The notes below the pieces were generated by a model. It did no database searches and was not told the origin of the DNA. It worked only from the letters and a program-made list of their open reading frames with translations. 64,000 nt of DNA from Stramenopiles sp. TOSAG23-2 (taxonomy: Eukaryota): assembly GCA_900128395.1 (NCBI GenBank), contig LT649244.1, positions 1 through 64,000 on the forward strand. Reading direction: 5' to 3'. The translations under genes were made by a program, and so were the position numbers. Shown here piece by piece: positions 1 through 9,624 of the stretch; positions within the stretch are counted from its first letter, which is position 1, and every line of letters begins with the position of its first letter.

Positions 1-183
1 TCTTTTTTCGTCCCATACACCTCGCTTTGCTCGGTCCGTTGTGTCCCGTTTATTCCATTTACCTATCCAGGTGCTCAGAAATATCAATGATACTAAGGTA
101 CTAAGATATATTGTATATCCGACTATATGATGTACAGTATACTATTTATTGTATTTTATTTACAAAAATTATAATCCGGGTAT

Positions 184-1221
184 ATGTACATGATAGTGCA
201 TATATACTTAGTAGATATGTTGAAATATCAGCCAGTCAAATCCATCCGCCCATTCCATCCACACATATTCAAACGTTTAAATACAAGTAAAGCAAATAAA
301 ATGGCATCCTTCATACCGAATCATCCAAATCAAACCATGCTTGTATCCAACGAGACAACGCAAGGTAATACAACACATTATGATATTGATGATCATGTTG
401 CAGTAGATTTGAACAAAATTAATTTATATGAAATGAACTCTTCATATTACAATAGTAATACTACTACTACTACTACTAATAATAATAATAATAATGAAAA
501 AGATATAATGGCGCAAGGAAAATTAATTAAGGATCGGTTGATAACGAATGGATTTGTTAAATTAGAAAATTTTTTGGACAAAGAAACAGTAAATAATGCT
601 AGGTTAACATTATTACAATATTTAAAGGAAAAGAACATGGTGCAAAATCAGCATGGTATACTATTAACTGGATATAAAGATTTATGCGAAGCTAATGCTT
701 TTAAGAAGTTATTTTGTAATGAAAAAATCCACAATTTATTTGCAAACAGTATATTTAATAATAATAATAATCATAATAGTAACAAGGAGGGGAAGGAGAA
801 AACAATGGTTCAAAATATTGGCGAAAAAGGCATTCGTGTTATTGGAAAAAATGAACAAACATCATTACATACTGATGGATATCGATATAATATTTTATCA
901 CCACATATAATGTATAATGTATGGATACCATTAAATGATATTGATACTATAAAACATGCCCCATTGATATTATGTAATAAATCTCATTTATTAACAACAA
1001 TAAATAATAATAAATACAATGATGGAGGAGGTGGTGATAAGAACTCTGTTGAAGAAAAATGGTATACATCATCAAAATTGAATATGGGAGATATTATAAT
1101 TTTTGATGGATTAATGATTCATGGCTCTTGTATAAATGTTACTGATCAATATCGTCTAAGTTGTGATTATCGATATATTTCAAAATCGTATTACGATAGT
1201 AAGATACGTAATGATATGTGA
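184..1221 (+). CDS. PhyH-like Fe(II)/2-oxoglutarate dioxygenase (true start may be ATG 301 or later)
   Basis: GFVKLENFL motif, HxD (SLHTDG), NVWIPL, GDIIIFDGLMIHGS with distal His, and RLSCDYRY; poly-Asn inserts. Confidence 0.8.
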   Translation: MYMIVHIYLVDMLKYQPVKSIRPFHPHIFKRLNTSKANKMASFIPNHPNQTMLVSNETTQGNTTHYDIDDHVAVDLNKINLYEMNSSYYNSNTTTTTTNNNNNNEKDIMAQGKLIKDRLITNGFVKLENFLDKETVNNARLTLLQYLKEKNMVQNQHGILLTGYKDLCEANAFKKLFCNEKIHNLFANSIFNNNNNHNSNKEGKEKTMVQNIGEKGIRVIGKNEQTSLHTDGYRYNILSPHIMYNVWIPLNDIDTIKHAPLILCNKSHLLTTINNNKYNDGGGGDKNSVEEKWYTSSKLNMGDIIIFDGLMIHGSCINVTDQYRLSCDYRYISKSYYDSKIRNDM

Positions 1222-1353
1222 TTAAGTACGTACAAAGCGTATATGACATACGGAGTATAATATTTTATAAAAATGATATATATATATAAAAGATTCTCGC
1301 ATGGAAGGATAGAAACCTACTTGTGCTTGTGAAGTATTAGTTTGCAGAGGTGT

Positions 1354-1462
1354 ATTAGAGCTTTACTATCTATAGTAGGATAGCATATTATTCTTGCGAT
1401 TGAGTATTGAGCATAATATGATATCATATTACTTAACACGAGAAGTGTAAAATTTTTATAAC
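1354..1462. repeat. Dispersed repeat copy, same family as 42388-42721
   Basis: Identical ATATTATTCTTGCGATTGAGTATTGAGCATA at 1385 and 42643; ATTAGAGCTTTACTAT and TTACTTAACACGAGAAGTGTAAAATT also shared. Confidence 0.85.
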
Positions 1463-1813
1463 ACTACGATAAAATACCAAATTATTTTATTAATATATAT
1501 AATACATATGAGTAAGAGAAAAACACATATATACGATAGCTCACGAATTGAGAACTCTCGTGATGAGATATATATAAATAATTTCCTATGTTTATACGTA
1601 TGATACCAGTATAATAAATAAGTATTTAAAAATCATTTTTGATTTGAGATGTTAATGAACGGGAGTAAAAGAAATTTAAATATAATATAATGAGTAAGAG
1701 AACATTTTATATATAATATATCTCTCATAAAAATTCTCTCTTACGAACGTATATATATTATAATATTTTTAAAAAATAAAAAAGGATACACACACACACA
1801 CACACACTCATCT

Positions 1814-3151
1814 TTATCCATCAATATCAGATTCATCACTTTCAAAATCATCATGACTTGGTGGTAATGGTGGCATGTTTGGTTGCGATTGTGGTGCATT
1901 TACTACATTTTTAATATAAGGATCTATTTCGTCTGACTGGTATGGTTCAGTTCTATTTTTTGGAAATTCACCTTTATTACCATCCATATCACATCCATAA
2001 TACCATTCTCCATTATGTATTTCCTCAAACTTGATTAATAAATCTCCAGATTTAAATGCCAAGTCCCTTTCAGGCCTGAAACCTGCTGCTGAATTTGCAC
2101 CTGGAAAATCATGAATTGCACGTAAATTAGCTTTTGATGCAGCATCTGATTTTTTGCTTCTACGACTTTTTTTATTACTTTTCTTGCTGGCAGTGTTAGG
2201 TAATGGTGTACTTTGTTGTTTAATAATACCGCGTTCTTTTTGTACTTGGCTAATTGTTTTCTTCTTTTTTTTGCCAGAGTTAGATTTTTTCGAAGCAGTT
2301 ATATCCTCTCCTTTCTCCTCTTCTATCTCATCATCCACACGTTTCTTCTTGGATTTTTTGCCTGATGGTACCTGTACATCGTTAATGATATTTTTACCAA
2401 TTAATATTTCTTTAGTGTACAAATTGACACCAAACATTAAACTTAAAATTTCCGTAAAAACAATAATAACCATTACACCAACTGCCCATCTCCAATTTGC
2501 ATCCCCACTGGTGCCTCCAACGCATAATGATATAATAGTCGCAAATAGCCAACATAAATCCGTAACAATTTGAGTTTTAAGAAATGTTTCATCACGCAGA
2601 ATGATTAATTTCTTACTAGTTACAAGTGGGCATCTATCGTATATTGAACAATACATAATTAATTGTATTGCGACTAGAATGCCTAAATATATCCAATAAA
2701 GAATACCAACAGCTAATAAAAAGTTACTTGCTACAATCATGCGATAACAGCTCCCGACCATATCATCGCCATCTGTTGAACACAGCCCTTGTAAAGTAAA
2801 TTCTTCAGATTTAACCGTTGCATTTTCACCAACATCGAGAGTCGTATAACATGTCGTTGTTGTTTTAGTAGTATTTTTAACGTCTTTCCAAGTTTCTGAA
2901 CTTCCCATAAATGAAAATGATGCGCAAGCTAAAAAACATTGTACACATCGTATGATAATGAAATGAAACAATTTAATTCCATCGAAACCAGCCGTATCTA
3001 CTGGGGGCTTTCTCGCAGGTGTTTTTTTCGCTTTCTCTTGTTCTTTTTTACTTGGCGTTTTTGTATTAAATTGCCTATCTCCACTTTCTATATCTGACTC
3101 ACTACCAGAAGAGTCCATATCAACATCTTCATATTCTGATGATGATGACAT
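1814..3151 (-). CDS. Four-TM MARVEL/CASP-like membrane protein with C-terminal SH3 domain
   Basis: Four hydrophobic segments (IIIRCVQCFLACASF, FLLAVGILYWIY, DLCWLFATIISL, WAVGVMVIIVF); SH3 motifs RAIHDF, DLAFKSGDLL, EWYYG, KGEFPKN; Pro-rich tail. Confidence 0.75.
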   Translation of the reverse strand: MSSSSEYEDVDMDSSGSESDIESGDRQFNTKTPSKKEQEKAKKTPARKPPVDTAGFDGIKLFHFIIIRCVQCFLACASFSFMGSSETWKDVKNTTKTTTTCYTTLDVGENATVKSEEFTLQGLCSTDGDDMVGSCYRMIVASNFLLAVGILYWIYLGILVAIQLIMYCSIYDRCPLVTSKKLIILRDETFLKTQIVTDLCWLFATIISLCVGGTSGDANWRWAVGVMVIIVFTEILSLMFGVNLYTKEILIGKNIINDVQVPSGKKSKKKRVDDEIEEEKGEDITASKKSNSGKKKKKTISQVQKERGIIKQQSTPLPNTASKKSNKKSRRSKKSDAASKANLRAIHDFPGANSAAGFRPERDLAFKSGDLLIKFEEIHNGEWYYGCDMDGNKGEFPKNRTEPYQSDEIDPYIKNVVNAPQSQPNMPPLPPSHDDFESDESDIDG

Positions 3152-3181
3152 TATTATTATGTATTCTTATTAGTATATGTA

Positions 3182-3213
<32 letters not shown>

Positions 3214-3861
3214 GTGTGTAAGTAATTTCTTCGCTTATCTATTTTAATTATTAAGATACTTCTTTGAATAAGCAATCACTTTAGTATGGTCTCGTTCGTT
3301 AATATATGATGTTTGTAAAAAGATATCAACGTCGTCGTTGTAAAGTGTGTGTGTGGTTCGTAATAACAACAATAGTACTAATATAATAACTGTTGTTTTT
3401 TTTTGCATTGGCTCTCTTCGGCTAATATTACCACAATTTACCAGGTAGCTATAATACAATTACACAATTCTAGAAAACCTTGGAAATGTGGAATTCAACA
3501 CAAAATAACGACATGCGTGCTGGCTGGCTGGTAGGTTAGAGTTAGGGTTAAATATTTTATTCGAAATTATTTTACAATAAATTGAGCGTCGTGTGTTCCG
3601 ACTAATTTTACAAGTTGTTGATTTAGTCGGAACACGGAAGAGTACACACCAGAACACACGAATCTAAATCGACGAATTCTTACATATTAGACTATAATAT
3701 TAATACTGTAATTTTGGAATTATCGCGATACGCGATACGCAACGTGCCAACTGAAAATACCGGTATAGTCTAAGTACTGTACAATCATCAGTGTACAGTA
3801 GAGGCTGTAGCACAGTACATATTAATACTACCACCAGTGGTATACCATCAGGACTATTCTT

Positions 3862-4060
3862 CTAGAACTATACCAGGTGGGATACAAGTAATTATTTATA
3901 GGATAATAATGAATTGCCGTGTGCCAGTGTGCACTACTTGTGACTCGTACAGTATAGATAGAATAGAGGCTGTTCTTCTAGACTAGAACTATACCAGGTA
4001 CCAGGTGGGATACAAGTAATTATTTATAGGATAATAATTTCATAATGAATTGCCGTGTGC
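3862..4060. repeat. Imperfect direct repeat in divergent intergenic region
   Basis: CTAGAACTATACCAGGT..GGGATACAAGTAATTATTTATAGGATAATAAT..GAATTGCCGTGTGC at about 3862 and 3983, with small insertions in copy 2. Confidence 0.85.
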
Positions 4061-4391
4061 ACACTTGTGTCCCAGAGTGTGTGTATATCTACATACATAT
4101 AATACACACTGGAAATGAATAAAGTACATGTACATATTGAACAAGATAGAGAACAAGATATTGTCAGAAATAAGAGACTAAACAAAGTTAGGTAAATACA
4201 CAGCACCACACACACGCTCACACACGAACATACATATATAATATATACATGCTGCCGCTCGTGAATGACTGTGTGTAGATTCTTTAACATTATAAAATTT
4301 TGAGATATTTCCTTTTTTCGTCATTTGTTGTTATTTAAAGAAAAAAAATAATAATAATTTTGAGACTTAAACATATATATATATATATATA

Positions 4392-6191
4392 ATGGATAAC
4401 ACTACTTTGTCCCGTATAGCAAGCGAGAATGAACTTGTTAAAGTAATATACATCAACAAATTTCGAAGTCAATATTTAAGAAATAATCGTGGCCAAGGTA
4501 GGAAAAACTTGCGATGTTTCCCTAAATGTAGTGATAAATCGCACGTAGAGCGTGGATTTTGTGGAAATAGCTTACAAATAGCCGTTGTTGGCCATGGCAT
4601 AACTCCAGAGGACCGCGTATTTACGCAAATTGTTTCAGAATCGTCCACTCACCATTTAGAAAAACCCACCGAGGGTGGCCCGATCACGTTTCCACCACCT
4701 AGCTGCGTCGAAGAGCTTGAAGTCAAAATACGCTTATACGAGCTGTACAAAGGTACTAGTTTAACGCAATATACTGACCATGTATATGCTAACGATTATT
4801 TATGTCCAAGACGTTTATATGAAGGTCACTTGAATACATGTAAAAATGGAAAAGTATCGCTAAATCCAAAAGGTCAAGTGCAATTTACTGTATCTCCTAA
4901 AAGCTGGAGCTATGCATGGACGTCAAATAAGCACACGCACAAGCAAAGACATACAGTACGTGCATATTTTATGAAATTCTTAGGATATGACGATGACAAT
5001 ATTCGTATATTTAAATGTTTAGGTGTTGTTGATTCTGATCCATTTCAAGTTAGCAGCAGCAAAGGTGCACAATTAAGCCGTATATTAAATCGTCGAAACA
5101 AGAAGTTTTTAACAGCCGCGAAAGCCATGCAACAAACGTTTGAAAGATCTCAAGTAAATGCTGGAATGATCAATAATGTAACCGCGAGTGTTAGTGGCAC
5201 AACAGCAGATGCGTCTGCTACGGAATCTTTATTAGCCTTGACAAATGGTTTAGTTAATTTGGATGAGGAGCCATCGTATGCGAATTTACCAAAACGCCAT
5301 ACATTCACTGGAAACGTGAACAATTATAAAGGCATACCAGATATGAAGAATAAAACAATTGTTGCGAATAATCGAAGTCATTTGAAAGCTGCTAAAAGCA
5401 GAAAGAGATCCGTAAAAGGGTATGGTTCATTGAGTCATAAAAGAGCACGGATGGCTAAACCAGGCACGGTGCATCAAGGGGCAGGTGCTAAAAGAAAATC
5501 AAAAAAAGAAATTGCTGAATTTGAAGCGTTGCAATTGCTTACTGATGCAATTAAATCATTTGGCGACGGGGATAAATTAGCAAATGGCTATGGCAGAAAC
5601 AATGTTGCGCGACTTGGTACCCAGCAACAACAAATACAGCAGCAACAGCAACAAATATATCATCAACAACAGCAATTAGCTATGATGAATGGAATGAACC
5701 CGAACCTAGCATTACCTATGCCTAATGTTTGGAATGGAAATGGTTTAAACAATATGACGAACAATTCTGCTATGCAAATGAATCTGGTGCAATCTCAAGC
5801 GGGACTACCAGGTGTAATGCCATATCAGAACTATGTACCACAATATGGATCTGGATTACACCATCCAGGTCTCATTCAGCAGCAGATTCCTGGAAACCTT
5901 ATGCCGGGATATGTCACATTAAATGGCTATAAAGCTATACCAAATATGGTCCGCGGGATGACATCGTTAGAACAACACTCGTTGCAGCAACAACAGCAAC
6001 AGCAACAAGAGCCACAGCAACCTCAAACACAACAACAAATACTAAAAGGATTACAAGCTCAAGGATTTGCTGAAAGCCTTGATCAAAAAAGAAAACGAAA
6101 TGCCGGTGATACTGTAAGTGGTATGAAATTTCCCACAAACAACAATGCTACCGTCATTACTGCCAAAGTTGTTGGCGGTGGACCACAATAA
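4392..6191 (+). CDS. Putative transcription factor with RCFP/Cys-His N-terminal domain, basic NLS-like stretches and Q-rich tail
   Basis: 599-aa ORF; RNNRGQGRKNLRCFPKC..H..GFCG, WSYAWTSNKH..H, VVDSDPFQVSS; KSRKRS and KRKSKK; poly-Gln tracts. Confidence 0.6.
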   Translation: MDNTTLSRIASENELVKVIYINKFRSQYLRNNRGQGRKNLRCFPKCSDKSHVERGFCGNSLQIAVVGHGITPEDRVFTQIVSESSTHHLEKPTEGGPITFPPPSCVEELEVKIRLYELYKGTSLTQYTDHVYANDYLCPRRLYEGHLNTCKNGKVSLNPKGQVQFTVSPKSWSYAWTSNKHTHKQRHTVRAYFMKFLGYDDDNIRIFKCLGVVDSDPFQVSSSKGAQLSRILNRRNKKFLTAAKAMQQTFERSQVNAGMINNVTASVSGTTADASATESLLALTNGLVNLDEEPSYANLPKRHTFTGNVNNYKGIPDMKNKTIVANNRSHLKAAKSRKRSVKGYGSLSHKRARMAKPGTVHQGAGAKRKSKKEIAEFEALQLLTDAIKSFGDGDKLANGYGRNNVARLGTQQQQIQQQQQQIYHQQQQLAMMNGMNPNLALPMPNVWNGNGLNNMTNNSAMQMNLVQSQAGLPGVMPYQNYVPQYGSGLHHPGLIQQQIPGNLMPGYVTLNGYKAIPNMVRGMTSLEQHSLQQQQQQQQEPQQPQTQQQILKGLQAQGFAESLDQKRKRNAGDTVSGMKFPTNNNATVITAKVVGGGPQ

Positions 6192-6606
6192 TAACTTTTC
6201 CTTTCCCACAAAAACATTAAATACCAATTTGTGGAGAATAAATTTAGAAACCATGCATATATGTACATGAAAATAAATTAATAATTCGACTGAATACCTT
6301 AGTATATGAAATTGTTTTGAATAATTTAACTGAATACTTGGTACCATAATACATTAAAAAGAAAAATGCAGACCTAATTTTTCAATTTGAAAACAGAACC
6401 ATACATGTAAAAAATTTTTGAAACCCAGCTTACTTGAAGATGTAAACATAATTTTCGTCGTAACAAGAAAATGAAAAAAAATATTTTAAAATATTATATA
6501 AAAAATATTAATATTACATTTTATAAAATATATTTAAATGATATATAAAATATTTATAAAAAATACATTAAAATATACGCACAATACATATCATCATAAT
6601 TATATG

Positions 6607-6852
6607 TTTGATTGGATGCGTGCAAAGTTTTTATAGATAGATAAGATAAAGAAAAATAATACAACAGAAAGATTAGAGTGTATATATAAATTAAAAAAAC
6701 AAATCTCAAGTGTTCTTCAGTGTATGATATTTGATTGGATGCGTGCAAAGTTTTTATAGATAGATAAGATAAAGAAAAATAATACAACAGAAAGATTAGA
6801 GTGTATATATAAATTAAAAAAACAAATCTCAAGTGTTCTTCAGTGTATGATA
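6607..6852. repeat. Exact 123-bp tandem duplication
   Basis: 6607-6729 equals 6730-6852. Confidence 0.9.
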
Positions 6853-6936
6853 CCAGCATATGTGTTGTGATACTTTAATATAAATTATCATTACAAAAAA
6901 TACCCTATTCCCTTATATATTACAAATGGTCTCTCT

Positions 6937-7521
6937 TTAACATCTACGATCACCTGATTTTTTCAATCGTAAGTCTAATAATTCTTCTCTCGATAACTGT
7001 TTATTACCTTTTGAACTGTAGAATCTGTTTCCAGTCGCCGATTCAATTGTTTTTAAACGCTTTCTTTCTCTTTCAATCGCTTCTTCCTTTTTCGTTTTCT
7101 TAGGTTTCAATTGACTGATGCAAAAATATTTCAAATATTCAGTAATATTATCAGAAAACTCACTTGATATCGATAAATTTGTATCTGATAATATAAAACG
7201 GACAATCTTCACTTCTTCTTTTTTGGTGTTTGGGCTAATGATTCCTATTATATCACCAACTTTAATTTCTGTAGAAAACTTTGTATTAGCTCCTGTAACA
7301 GTAGTACCTGATACAATTATATTCCCACTTCCATTAATTTTTTTCAACTCTATTTGTTTATCATTATTATCATTCATTATTGGCTTCTCATTGTCAATAA
7401 CATCTTTGCGTTTCTTATTAAATTTCTTTTTCTTCTTTTTCTTCTTTTTCTTCTTTTCATTATTATTTAATGTTACTCCATTTTTTAAAGTCAATTTAGT
7501 TTTCTTCACATTTACATTCAT
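6937..7521 (-). CDS. Lys-rich hypothetical protein (first ATG at 7521; ORF track start is TTG)
   Basis: Poly-Lys, beta-rich core GSGNIIVSGTTVTGANTKF..VGDII, C-terminal REELLDLRLKKSGDRRC. Confidence 0.7.
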   Translation of the reverse strand: MNVNVKKTKLTLKNGVTLNNNEKKKKKKKKKKKFNKKRKDVIDNEKPIMNDNNDKQIELKKINGSGNIIVSGTTVTGANTKFSTEIKVGDIIGIISPNTKKEEVKIVRFILSDTNLSISSEFSDNITEYLKYFCISQLKPKKTKKEEAIERERKRLKTIESATGNRFYSSKGNKQLSREELLDLRLKKSGDRRC

Positions 7522-7527
7522 GGCCTT

Positions 7528-7811
7528 TCGTGTTTTATGCAATTGTGTATTGTGTATAGAATATAATATATATAGCTATGCCCAGGCAACCAATTATAAT
7601 ACATCCTTGTGAATTTACTAATTATCAATATTTTGTGATTTTTACTATATATAATTCTAATAATTAGTCGTGTTTTATGCAATTGTGTATTGTGTATAGA
7701 ATATAATATATATAGCTATGCCCAGGTAACCAATAATTATACATCCTTGTGAATTTACTAATTATCAATATTTTGTGATTTTTACTATATATAATTCTAA
7801 TAATTAGTCGT
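7528..7811. repeat. Near-exact 140-bp tandem duplication
   Basis: Copies start at 7528 and 7668 and differ only at CCCAGGCAACCAATTATAAT vs CCCAGGTAACCAATAATTAT. Confidence 0.9.
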
Positions 7812-7878
7812 CTATCAAATATCTTTGGGATGGGAATGAATTTTTTGTGTTTGTTTTTTTGCTGGTTTTGATTCTTAG

Positions 7879-8142
7879 TGCATTTTCAAAGTGGCAAGTT
7901 TATTTAAGTACTACTTGAGTATACTAAATTATGCATATTTGGTTGAGAGGTATTGGGTATTACAAACAAATCGGATATTCTTAATATTTTCATCAAAAAT
8001 CTATTGGTTATGCATTTTCAAAGTGGCAAGTTTATTTAAGTACTACTTGAGTATACTAAATTATGCATATTTGGTTGAGAGGTATTGGGTATTACAAACA
8101 AATCGGATATTCTTAATATTTTCATCAAAAATCTATTGGTTA
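7879..8142. repeat. Exact 132-bp tandem duplication
   Basis: 7879-8010 equals 8011-8142. Confidence 0.9.
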
Positions 8143-8241
8143 TTTTTGGATTTTTTGTAATATCCAATACCTCTCTATCAAATATACATACTCATATATT
8201 ATTATACTAAATCATTACTTAAATTAACTGTCATTTTTGCA
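8017..8241. repeat. Long imperfect inverted repeat (foldback/MITE-like)
   Basis: TATGCATATTTGGTTGAGAGGTATTGGGTATTACAAA pairs with TTTGTAATATCCAATACCTCTCTATCAAATATACATA; arms about 90 bp. Confidence 0.7.
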
Positions 8242-8446
8242 ACGTAGTATTAAGGTTAAAATGATGATGAAACCATTTCTTCCAAAAATAAAAAAATCAA
8301 ACTTTCGAAGAAATAATCGTTTTGAATGAAAGATGTGTGACTAAATACAAAAATAGAAAAGACAAATAACTGTAACAAACACAACAAGAACAAAAGAAGA
8401 CACACAAAAAAGTAATTACAATAAATCACAAAGAGAAAGAAAACAA

Positions 8447-9541
8447 ATGAGTGGGGATGGAGATCAAGCATTATGGCGTGCCGCATTTAAAGGCGATGCA
8501 AAAGCATTGATACATGCATTGGTTGATGGTAAAAAATTACGTTGTGTTGGTGGAAAACAATATTCACCAGCAATGTCGATTGGAGGAACATCGCAGCATG
8601 TACGCGGTTATGGATTTGAAAAGCATCAACATCATCACAGCCATGACAAAGAATCACCTCCTGTTATCCATACAACCACATCAAAATCTGTTTTAAACCA
8701 TGCAGATAGACAACATATAACATTGCGTACGCGTATGCATCCTAATCCTGATGCAGCATTACAATTTCAATATTTAAAAACTTACAATAGTACAATTGCA
8801 AAAAAACATCATGATTTAACAGTAGCTTCAACATTTGGAAAATATGAAAGATGGGATGAATTGGGATATGATATTGTTGATGAGAAATTTCAACATTCAT
8901 ATACAAGAGATTATGTATATCCTGGAAAAAACGGCCGGACAGCACTGCACATAGCTAAAAATCATAAAATTATTGAAATATTATTAGAAGCTGGTTGGTC
9001 CCCGAATATGCCAGATCATGATGGGAATACACCGGGTCATTTACATATATATGCAGACCCAGAAACTTCCGAAATCTTAGTTCCTGCATGTTTAATTGCG
9101 TATGGATGTGATATGAAGTTGAAAAATTACGATGGAGAACGACCCATGCAATATTTCGAAAGCAAAAATGAAAAGAAAGATACAGCGAAACAATCAAAAC
9201 AATGGACTCGAGAATATAAAAAATGGATACATAATAAATCAAAATATCCCAAACCGCAAACAGATGCGGTTTATAAAAGCGCATTGCCAAAAAAAGATTA
9301 TTTAGATAGAAAAAAACCTACTCATCGTCATGTTCATGAAGTTGTGCATGAACACGAAGATGAATATGGCATGGCAGCACTAGTTGAATTTGAAGATTTA
9401 ATGGGTGCAAGGCATCATGGCGAGATTGTTGATGTAGACGAAGATACAAAAGAATATACAATACAATATAAAAATGATGGTTATGACATAGAAACGAAAG
9501 TACATTTTAAAGACGTATTAGGTCATTCAGATGCATACTGA
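8447..9541 (+). CDS. Ankyrin-repeat protein
   Basis: ALWRAAFKGD, GRTALHIA..IIEILLEAG, DHDGNTPGHL, KNYDGERP; possible Tudor-like beta-barrel at C-terminus. Confidence 0.75.
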   Translation: MSGDGDQALWRAAFKGDAKALIHALVDGKKLRCVGGKQYSPAMSIGGTSQHVRGYGFEKHQHHHSHDKESPPVIHTTTSKSVLNHADRQHITLRTRMHPNPDAALQFQYLKTYNSTIAKKHHDLTVASTFGKYERWDELGYDIVDEKFQHSYTRDYVYPGKNGRTALHIAKNHKIIEILLEAGWSPNMPDHDGNTPGHLHIYADPETSEILVPACLIAYGCDMKLKNYDGERPMQYFESKNEKKDTAKQSKQWTREYKKWIHNKSKYPKPQTDAVYKSALPKKDYLDRKKPTHRHVHEVVHEHEDEYGMAALVEFEDLMGARHHGEIVDVDEDTKEYTIQYKNDGYDIETKVHFKDVLGHSDAY

Positions 9542-9624
9542 TTTAACGTACTGATATATACATGTGTACGAACTTCTGGGTGTAGTACTTCGTCGGTGTG
9601 TGGTACGAAGTTCCGTAATATTTT

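Noticed and set aside
3533-3550. GGTTAGAGTTAGGGTTA telomere-like words
   Set aside because: Only one exact TTAGGG; too short for a telomeric tract
6554-6859. 101-aa ORF with internal repeat
   Set aside because: Produced by the 123-bp duplication in AT-rich spacer; not protein-like
6607-8142. Clustered direct repeats as a possible CRISPR array
   Set aside because: Only two adjacent copies each, no spacers, no cas genes, eukaryotic context
7891-8160. 89-aa repeated ORF
   Set aside because: Translation of the 132-bp duplication, GTG start
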